From a bacterium (GTDB taxonomy: Bacteria > JADJOY01), in the NCBI GenBank assembly GCA_046331705.1, contig JAXLQJ010000046.1, forward strand, positions 1-59,037: DNA of 59,037 bases. The letters are read 5' to 3'. The notes beneath the pieces are model-generated. The model was not told the origin of the DNA and did no database searches. It saw nothing but the letters and a program-made list of their open reading frames with translations. Positions 52,047 to 59,037 of the stretch are shown here, one piece after another (position 1 is the stretch's first letter; each line of letters begins with the position of its first letter). The position numbers and the translations under genes are program-made.

Positions 52047-54269
52047 TCAGCGCGATCCCAAGTAGACGTCGCGGTAGTTGAGCCAGTCGCGCACCACGTT
52101 GCGCACGTAGGCGCGGGTTTCCGAGTACGGGATGGTCTCGGCGAACGCGGAGCCCGCGAGCGTCGGATCGCGCGCGGTCCACCGGTCCACGGCTTCCTCG
52201 CCGGCGTTGTAACTCGCCACCGCGCGCTCGAGGTCGCCCTGGTAGCGCGCCAGCAGCGACGCGAGGTAGTGGCAGCCGAGGGTGAGGTTCACTCGCGGCT
52301 GGAAGAGATCGCCGACGTCGAAATCGTCGAGGCCGAGCTCGCGCGCCAGGCGGCGGGCGGTGGGCGGAATGATCTGCATGAGCCCACGCGCGTCCGCGGG
52401 AGAGTGAGCGCGCGGGTCGAACAGGCTCTCGTTCCGGATCAGCGCCGCCACCAGCAGTGGGTCGAGGCGATTCGCCGCCGACAGGCGCCGCAGGTGGTAC
52501 GGATAAGGCAGCGGGAAGAGGAAGCGATCGATCGGGCTTCCTGCCAACGCGTCCAGCGCCGGGCCATCGAGGCCGCCGCTGCGCGCCTTCTGCACTGCCC
52601 GGAGCGCTCGATTCGTGGCGCCCATCGAGGCATAGAATCGCGCCATCCAGATGCGCGTGGCGTCGTCGAGGTCGTCGCTCGCCTCGGCGGCGCGAAGCTC
52701 GGCGAAGGCGAGGTCGTCGAGCATGGCGTCGCTGAGCAAGCGTGCCCGTTCCAGGTGCTCGGCGACGGCGCCCGCGGACGGCGGCGGCGAGCCGAGCGCG
52801 AGAGCGTCCACGGCCGCGACCGGCGAGAGCGACGCCCAGAGCGGCTGGTCGCTTCCCGTGAGCGGTGTCGGATCGGGCCGCGTGCCCGTGATTCCCAGGC
52901 TCGCGAGCCGGCCGTAATAGCCGGTGCGGTCCTCGCGCTCGATGAGGTCGAGCAGCTGCCGTGCGCGCTCGCGCTGACCGTTGGCGGCGAGCGCCCGCGC
53001 GTGCCAGTAGCGGATGCGGCGCGCCACGTCGGGCGCGCGCGCCAGCGCCTGGGTCTGCTCGAAGGTCGCCAGCTGCTTGGCCGGCGGGTCGTGGCGATAG
53101 GCGAGCCAGGTCCAGCGCCACAGCGCGTCGGGCGCGCGGTCGCTGCCGGGATATTGCTTCACCAACCGCTGATAGAGCGTGGACGCGGCGGGCCAGGCGC
53201 GTGCTTCCTCCTGGATGCGGGCGCGCATGTAGAGGATCTCGTCCCGCATCGCCACGGGCGGCTCGCGCCGCTCGAGCTCGTCGAGCACCGCGACGGTCTC
53301 GCGATTCTGGCCGCGGTTCCAGAGGTGCTGGGCGAGGGTCATCGCCGCGACCAGGCCGGTGCGAGTGCGTGGGCTGGCGGCGATGATCGAGCGCAGCAGC
53401 TTCTCGCGTTCCTCGGCGCGCCCCGCACGCTTGAGCAACCCGGCGAGCTCGAGCTCGAGATCGAGCGCGTTCGGCGACCCCTCGTTGCCGCGCAGCACGT
53501 CGCGGACCAGTCCGATCGCCGCGGTGACCTCGCCCTCTTTCGCGAGTCGCTTTGCCTCGGTGCTCGCGGACTCGAGCGAGGGCCGCGGCACCAGCTCGGG
53601 ATGGGACGCGTCGAGGGTGGCGAGGGTCGCGCGGGCCTCGCGATCGGCGGGATCGAGTGGCCAGGTCTCGCGCAGCTCGATCAGGTAACGCCGCGCGTCG
53701 CCCGCGCGCTCGAGCTCGATCAGGCATTGGGCCAGCTCGAGTGTGGCGGGGGCGTCGACGGCGGCGGACGTGGAGCGTTCGCGGGCCAGCGCGAAGAGTG
53801 CCGTGGCCTGACCGCAATCGCCGGCCTGGCGCCGGATCCGGCCGAGCTCGAGGGCGGCGTCCCCGGCGATCAGGCTCGTGGGGTAGAGGCGCAGCAGCGT
53901 CTCGTAGCTCGTGGTGGCGTCGCGGTCGGCGCCCGTCTCGCGCTGCGCCCGCGCGAGGAAGAGCAGCGCGTAATCCCCGATCGTGCCGCGCTGTTGGGCG
54001 GCGGGTGCGAGCAGCTCGACGGCGCGGGCCGGGTCGCCGCTTCGCGCAGCGCGCACTCCGGCGGCGAAGCGGGCGAGGGCCTCGGGCGCGGGTTGGCCGG
54101 CGGGTGCCTGCGCCCAGCCCGGGATGGCGACCGCGAGCACGGCGCTCGCGGCGAGAGCGACGAGCGCGCAACGCCACCGCGCCGACACCGTCGCGTGTCC
54201 CGCGACGGCGCGTGAAGCGCTTCCGGCCGCCGCGTGCGAGCGACTCTCCGTCGTGGACGCGATAGCCAT
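52047..54269 (-). CDS. soluble lytic transglycosylase (Slt-like) with TPR repeats
   Basis: ALIRNESLF, ARGLMQI, ASYNAG, ETIPYSETRAYV; N-terminal signal/TPR; start uncertain. Confidence 0.92.
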   Translation of the reverse strand: MAIASTTESRSHAAAGSASRAVAGHATVSARWRCALVALAASAVLAVAIPGWAQAPAGQPAPEALARFAAGVRAARSGDPARAVELLAPAAQQRGTIGDYALLFLARAQRETGADRDATTSYETLLRLYPTSLIAGDAALELGRIRRQAGDCGQATALFALARERSTSAAVDAPATLELAQCLIELERAGDARRYLIELRETWPLDPADREARATLATLDASHPELVPRPSLESASTEAKRLAKEGEVTAAIGLVRDVLRGNEGSPNALDLELELAGLLKRAGRAEEREKLLRSIIAASPRTRTGLVAAMTLAQHLWNRGQNRETVAVLDELERREPPVAMRDEILYMRARIQEEARAWPAASTLYQRLVKQYPGSDRAPDALWRWTWLAYRHDPPAKQLATFEQTQALARAPDVARRIRYWHARALAANGQRERARQLLDLIEREDRTGYYGRLASLGITGTRPDPTPLTGSDQPLWASLSPVAAVDALALGSPPPSAGAVAEHLERARLLSDAMLDDLAFAELRAAEASDDLDDATRIWMARFYASMGATNRALRAVQKARSGGLDGPALDALAGSPIDRFLFPLPYPYHLRRLSAANRLDPLLVAALIRNESLFDPRAHSPADARGLMQIIPPTARRLARELGLDDFDVGDLFQPRVNLTLGCHYLASLLARYQGDLERAVASYNAGEEAVDRWTARDPTLAGSAFAETIPYSETRAYVRNVVRDWLNYRDVYLGSR

Positions 54270-54363
54270 CGCGGGAGAATGCATGCGCGCGAAGTTGGCG
54301 TTCGCTCGGAGCGATGACAAGGGCCCTTCCTCGAGACGGCGCACGCGCGCGACGGTGCGCGCC

Positions 54364-55140
54364 TCAGAAGTGCAGCGTGAGCGCCAGGCCCGTCGCCGCT
54401 TCGGGTGTACCCGGTCCAGTGCGGGGGGCGTCGAATGCGAGCGGGGCGAGCCCGGGGCTGGGCGGCGCGACCGCGCGATGGAACGCTTCGATGCCGTCGG
54501 CGAGGACGATGCCCACGTCGCGCCAGGTCGAGCGTGGCTGCGTCAGCAGGTACTCGCGAACCTGGTAGCGCACCTCGCCGAGCACGGCACCGGCCGTCGA
54601 CGTGAGCGCCAGATCGATGCCCGACGGCTGCTCCACCCAACCCTCGAACAGGAACTCCCACGCGAACGAGCCGACGGTGCTGAACGCGAACGCCGCCCAT
54701 GCCGGATAGTCGCGGTTTCGCGCCAGCAAGTACATCTCGGCGCCCATCTCGGGATGCAGCACCCAGTTGATGAGGTGACCGTCGCCGTCGGACCAGTCGG
54801 GAGCCAGGGTGAAGGCGTTCACGAAGTTGCGCATCGAGGGCGGCTCGGTGTTCGAGAACTCGGGGTCGACCATCGTCCCGCCCAGGATCACCGTGAACGA
54901 GGCGAGGGTCTCCAGGATCGGCACGCGCAGGCTGTTGCGCTCCGCTGGATAGGGAGCCGTGAGCCAGTAGGTGTCGAGATCCGTGCCCGCGGAATCGCTC
55001 GCCGGTTGCGTCGCGGTGGGGAGGAGGTCGATCGTCGTCTGGCGCTCGCCCGCCATGGCATTCCCCCGCCAGGCGAGCATCACCCATGCGAGCAACCAGG
55101 CGCGAACGGGTTGCAGGCGTGGTGCGAGCGGACGGGGCAT
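54364..55140 (-). CDS. DUF3943-like membrane/exported protein
   Basis: WSDGD..INWVLHP..GA..YLLARN, WEFLFEGWVEQPSGIDL, G.VLGE. Confidence 0.7.
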   Translation of the reverse strand: MPRPLAPRLQPVRAWLLAWVMLAWRGNAMAGERQTTIDLLPTATQPASDSAGTDLDTYWLTAPYPAERNSLRVPILETLASFTVILGGTMVDPEFSNTEPPSMRNFVNAFTLAPDWSDGDGHLINWVLHPEMGAEMYLLARNRDYPAWAAFAFSTVGSFAWEFLFEGWVEQPSGIDLALTSTAGAVLGEVRYQVREYLLTQPRSTWRDVGIVLADGIEAFHRAVAPPSPGLAPLAFDAPRTGPGTPEAATGLALTLHF

Positions 55141-55299
55141 GCGGTCGGGAAGCGGGCGAGGGGAGAGCGGGCGCTCGAGCGGGTCGGCGAATCCATTTCA
55201 AATAGCGCGTCGCTCGCCACGTGCTCAACCGGAGCAGCGCGAGCCGCGCTCGCGTCGGGTAGGATCGCGCCCCGAGCACGGGGAACGACGGAGGCGGGA

Positions 55300-57786
55300 A
55301 TGACCGAGGGGGTTGGCGCGGCGCGAGCCGGAATGCTCGCGCTGGCGTGGTTTGGCGCGACGTGGCTCGCGGGGTGCGGCGGCGACACGCAGCGAGCGTC
55401 CTATCGATACGAGGTGCCGACCGCGGCGACCTCGCCTTGGCCGATGATGCGGCGTACCGCCGCCAACGACGGGCGCAGCTCGATTCATCCGCCGCGCGTC
55501 GCCAAAGCCGGCGCGGCGCCGTGGCGCTACGCCACCGCCAAGGGGATCTTCAGCGTGCCGGTGGTCGGCGCGGACGGGCGGGTGCTGGTGGGATCGGCCG
55601 ATCGGACCTTCTACGCGATCGACCCCGACGGCTCGCTCGGGTGGAGCTACGAGACCGGCGAGATCATCGACTCCGCTGCGAGCGTCGCCGCGGACGGCAC
55701 CATCTATTTCGGCTCCGGCGACGGGCATCTCTACGCCCTCGATGCCGACGGCCACGAGCGCTGGCGATTCGCGGCCCATCACCAGGCCGGCTCACCCGAC
55801 GAAACGCAGGGCAATCGCTGCAGCGATCTCCCGCCCGCGGGCGGGCCGAGCACCTGGTTCGAAGGAAACGTGGTGATCGGCCGCGACGGACGGCTCTGGG
55901 CCGGCAACGACGACTACCGCATGTACTCGCTCGAGCCCGACGGCAGCGAGCGGTTCAGCTTTTTCGTCGGGCCGATCCCGTTCGGTGCGGTGTGGTCCGC
56001 CGCCACCACGCGCGCCGACGGCTCGGCGGTGTTCGGCGGCATGGACTTCTTCGTGTACGCGGTCTCCGCCGACGGCAACTGCCTGTGGCGGCGGTTCCTG
56101 AACGGGCCCGTGAGCTCGAGCCCGGCGCGGGCACCCGACGGCACGCTCTACGTGGGTGGCTGGGACAACCGGCTTTACGCCCTCGATGGCGCGAGCGGGG
56201 AAGTCCGCTGGTTCCTGCCCACCACGTCGCACGTCTACGGCTCGCCGGCGCTGGCCGAGGACGGGACGATCTACGTCGGCTCCACCGACGGCAGTCTCTA
56301 CGCGGTGAATCCCGACGGCACGCTGCGCTGGACCTTCGACACCATCGATCCCATCCGCTCGTCTCCGGCGATCGACGGCGACGGCCGCATCTACTTCGGC
56401 GCGGGCGACGGGTCGATCTATGCCCTCGAGCCCGACGGCACGCGCGCGTGGTCGTACGACGCGACCACCCAAGACCGCAACGACCTCAACTCGTCGCCGG
56501 TTCTGGGCGAGGACCGCGTCTACCTGGGCTCCGAGGACGGCAGCATCCACGGGATTCCCTACGGCTATTGCGCCACGAGCGCGGACCCGCGCTGCAACGC
56601 CTCGCCGCTCTCCGACCTCGGCGACGATGGCGCAACGCTCTACTACGTCACGCCGGGCGGCCGAAGCTTCGCCGAAGTGCCGGAAGCCGTGCAGCGCGGC
56701 GCGGCGTTCGCTGTTCGCCTGGTGGTGCGGGAAGGCGGCGACACCGTGCTGGCGCGCTTCGACGTGCCCAGCGTCTCGGTTCGTTCCGAGCCGGCGGTCG
56801 ATTGGGAGGTCGTGGAGCAGGGCGGGGGACAGTGGATCAACCTCGTGCCGCGCACGCTCCTCGCCGCCGGCACGACGTACCGGCTCGAGGTGACCGCGCG
56901 CTACCGCGCCGGCGGCGGTCGCGCGGGAACGGCGAGCCATCGCTTCACCTTCGACACCGTCGCCGAGAGCACGCCGCCGCCGTCCTTCGCCATCGGCGCC
57001 GAGCGTGCACCCGCGTTCGAGATCCGCAACCTGGCCCCCTACCAGCCGCCGATCATCGTGAGCCTGAACCAGATCGGTTTCGACAGCCTCGACTTCCTGG
57101 CCAGCGTCGTCGAGAGCCGTCCCGGCCAGTTCGTGCTGTGGATGATGACGGGCAAGGCGGGCGCCGAGGGCACCGTGATCGATCCCGCCACGCCGTCTCT
57201 GGTTGCCCTCGATGGCACCCTCGACGGTGCCTCGTTCGCGATGAACGGCACCGGGCTGACACTGGTCACCGGCGGACCGCCGATTCCCATCGACGACTTC
57301 CGGCTCGCGTCGCAGTTCGACGCCGCGGGCCGCTTCGACGCGGGGACGTCGATGGTGGCGCGCGCCGGCTGCTCGGACCTCGGGCTGATCGGAACCTTTC
57401 TCACGCTCTTCCAGCTCTGCAACGGAGCTGGCGAGTTCGTGTCGGTCGGAACGATTCGCGGTGAGGTCTACGACGGCGGCGCCAACCAGCGCCCCGCAGG
57501 CGTCGAGGTGACGGCCCTCGAACGCGCGGATCGCGACGTCACGGCGCGCTTCGCCGCGCCCGGTTACAAGCTCGCCGAGCACCTGCCGGCGATCGTGCTC
57601 ATCGACGACGCGACCGGCCGCGCGGTGCAGCTCGACTACCGCAAGGCGCTGGTGGCTGCCGCCGATGGGGCGGGCGATCTCGCGAGCGTGACGCTCCGGG
57701 TTCCCGCGAACGTCGCGCTGCCGGCGAGCTTGCGCGCCACCGTCGTGACCGATCTCTTCCCGCTCGCGTCGCGGGTGCTCGAATGA
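55300..57786 (+). CDS. lipoprotein with PQQ-like beta-propeller repeats and uncharacterised C-terminal domains
   Basis: LAGC lipobox; repeated SSPA..DGT.YVGS.DG.LYA..PDG...W. Confidence 0.88.
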   Translation: MTEGVGAARAGMLALAWFGATWLAGCGGDTQRASYRYEVPTAATSPWPMMRRTAANDGRSSIHPPRVAKAGAAPWRYATAKGIFSVPVVGADGRVLVGSADRTFYAIDPDGSLGWSYETGEIIDSAASVAADGTIYFGSGDGHLYALDADGHERWRFAAHHQAGSPDETQGNRCSDLPPAGGPSTWFEGNVVIGRDGRLWAGNDDYRMYSLEPDGSERFSFFVGPIPFGAVWSAATTRADGSAVFGGMDFFVYAVSADGNCLWRRFLNGPVSSSPARAPDGTLYVGGWDNRLYALDGASGEVRWFLPTTSHVYGSPALAEDGTIYVGSTDGSLYAVNPDGTLRWTFDTIDPIRSSPAIDGDGRIYFGAGDGSIYALEPDGTRAWSYDATTQDRNDLNSSPVLGEDRVYLGSEDGSIHGIPYGYCATSADPRCNASPLSDLGDDGATLYYVTPGGRSFAEVPEAVQRGAAFAVRLVVREGGDTVLARFDVPSVSVRSEPAVDWEVVEQGGGQWINLVPRTLLAAGTTYRLEVTARYRAGGGRAGTASHRFTFDTVAESTPPPSFAIGAERAPAFEIRNLAPYQPPIIVSLNQIGFDSLDFLASVVESRPGQFVLWMMTGKAGAEGTVIDPATPSLVALDGTLDGASFAMNGTGLTLVTGGPPIPIDDFRLASQFDAAGRFDAGTSMVARAGCSDLGLIGTFLTLFQLCNGAGEFVSVGTIRGEVYDGGANQRPAGVEVTALERADRDVTARFAAPGYKLAEHLPAIVLIDDATGRAVQLDYRKALVAAADGAGDLASVTLRVPANVALPASLRATVVTDLFPLASRVLE

Positions 57787-58820
57787 CGCTGCACGCGGGA
57801 CGCATCGCGGGCGTGATCCGGCTCGCGTTCGGCGGTGGCGCCGACGCCGCACGGGTGGAGACCCTCGCCGGCGATGCGAGCGTGCGTTCCTTCCACCGGG
57901 TGTGGCTGAGCGGTACGGCGGGCGTGCCCGCGAGCGCGATGCTCATGCGCGATCCGCGACCCGCAGGCGACGATGGCTGCGGCGACGATTTCGTGGCTCT
58001 CGCGCGCCATCTGCGTCACCACGGTGTGGGCGTCCCGGAGATCTACGCCCGCGATCGCGACGCCGGCCTCTATTTGCTCGAGGATCTGGGCGATCGCGTG
58101 CTGCAAGACGAGGTGAGGGGCGCGTCGCACGAGCGGCGACTCGCGCTCTATCGCGCGGCGCTCGAGGTGCTCGTGCGCCTGTGCCGCGACGCCACCGCCG
58201 CCGAGCCCGTGCCCACACCGGCCCACGGTCGGTTCTTCGACGAAGCCAAGCTCGGCTGGGAGCTGGATTTCTTTCTCACCCACACCGTCGAAGGCTTGTG
58301 GCGCCGATCCCTCGGCGAATCGGATCGTGCGGCGTTGCGGGCGGGCTTCGCTGCGCTGGTCGCCACGCTCGCGCGCCTGCCGCGGATCTTCGCTCATCGC
58401 GACTACCACAGCCGCAACCTGCTCGTTCAGGCCGCGAGCGACATCCGCGTCGTCGACTTCCAGGATGCGCGCATGGGACCGGTGGTCTACGACCTCGCGT
58501 CGTTGTTGCGCGATTCGTATCTCGACCTCGACGAAGGCGACGTCGCGATGCTCGTGGAGGAGCAGCGGTTGAGGCTGGCGGACGCGGGCGTGCCGGTCCC
58601 GGGTCGCGACGAGTTCGTGGTCGATTTCGATCGCATGAGCATCCAGCGCGGCCTCAAGGCCCTCGGCACCTTCGGCTTCCAGGCGACCCAGCGCGGCAAG
58701 ACCGGCTACCTCGAAGCCGTCCCCCGCACCGTTGCCCGCGTCCGCGCCTGTCTCGCCCGCACACCCGAGCTCGCCGCGCTCACCGCGCACCTCGACCCGA
58801 TTCTCTCCGATCACGCCTGA
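57783..58820 (+). CDS. aminoglycoside phosphotransferase-family kinase, AmgK-like
   Basis: LAGDASVRSFHR, LLEDLGD, HRDYHSRNL, DFQDARMGP..YDLASLLRD, QRGLKALGTF; ATGA overlap with the upstream gene. Confidence 0.88.
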   Translation: MTLHAGRIAGVIRLAFGGGADAARVETLAGDASVRSFHRVWLSGTAGVPASAMLMRDPRPAGDDGCGDDFVALARHLRHHGVGVPEIYARDRDAGLYLLEDLGDRVLQDEVRGASHERRLALYRAALEVLVRLCRDATAAEPVPTPAHGRFFDEAKLGWELDFFLTHTVEGLWRRSLGESDRAALRAGFAALVATLARLPRIFAHRDYHSRNLLVQAASDIRVVDFQDARMGPVVYDLASLLRDSYLDLDEGDVAMLVEEQRLRLADAGVPVPGRDEFVVDFDRMSIQRGLKALGTFGFQATQRGKTGYLEAVPRTVARVRACLARTPELAALTAHLDPILSDHA

Positions 58821-59037
58821 TCGCTCGCGCGACAGCGCGTCGGTACCGCCGGCGACAACCCGCTCGCGTGCGCGGATCGGCGAGAGGCTGCGCTTCGTCG
58901 CGGCCGCTCGTCGCGGGCGAGCCTGGTCCAGCGGGAGTCGAGCGCCGGCTCGACGAGACGGACCGGCGACGTTTCCAGCGCGCGCCCTCGTCGCAAGCCG
59001 TGCCTGAGTAGCAGCCAGGCGACGGCGATCGACCTCG

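Noticed and set aside
58811-59037. 3' end of a minus-strand gene entering from the right edge
   Set aside because: An open frame exists but is too short and featureless to support a call.

Overview
A 59 kb, very GC-rich bacterial chromosomal window. The gene set and style suggest Myxococcota/Binatota or a related 'deltaproteobacterial' lineage (inference). The housekeeping backbone has a complete SUF Fe-S operon (Rrf2-sufB-sufC-sufD-sufS-sufU-sufT), gap-pgk-tpiA-secG, recD2, pdxA, ssb, radC, PBP1A, a deacetylase, tatB/tatC, a soluble lytic transglycosylase, an AmgK-like kinase and tRNA-Leu(CAA). Three things stand out. (1) A tight operon of five consecutive radical SAM genes (16257-22581) lies directly upstream of, and co-directional with, the SUF operon. 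It is led by a divergent homolog of tetraether lipid synthase (Tes/GDGT-MAS) and includes a B12-dependent enzyme. It is a candidate uncharacterised lipid-coupling/tailoring pathway. (2) A structured ~153-bp repeat occurs as a tandem array at 8686-9315, with a diverged copy at 41919-42115 showing compensatory stem changes. Both loci end exactly 6 nt from a stop codon. (3) A small decayed island at the tRNA-Leu 3' end carries a DUF2278/lamin-tail gene with a structured leader. All family calls come from recognising motifs by eye; no database search was run.
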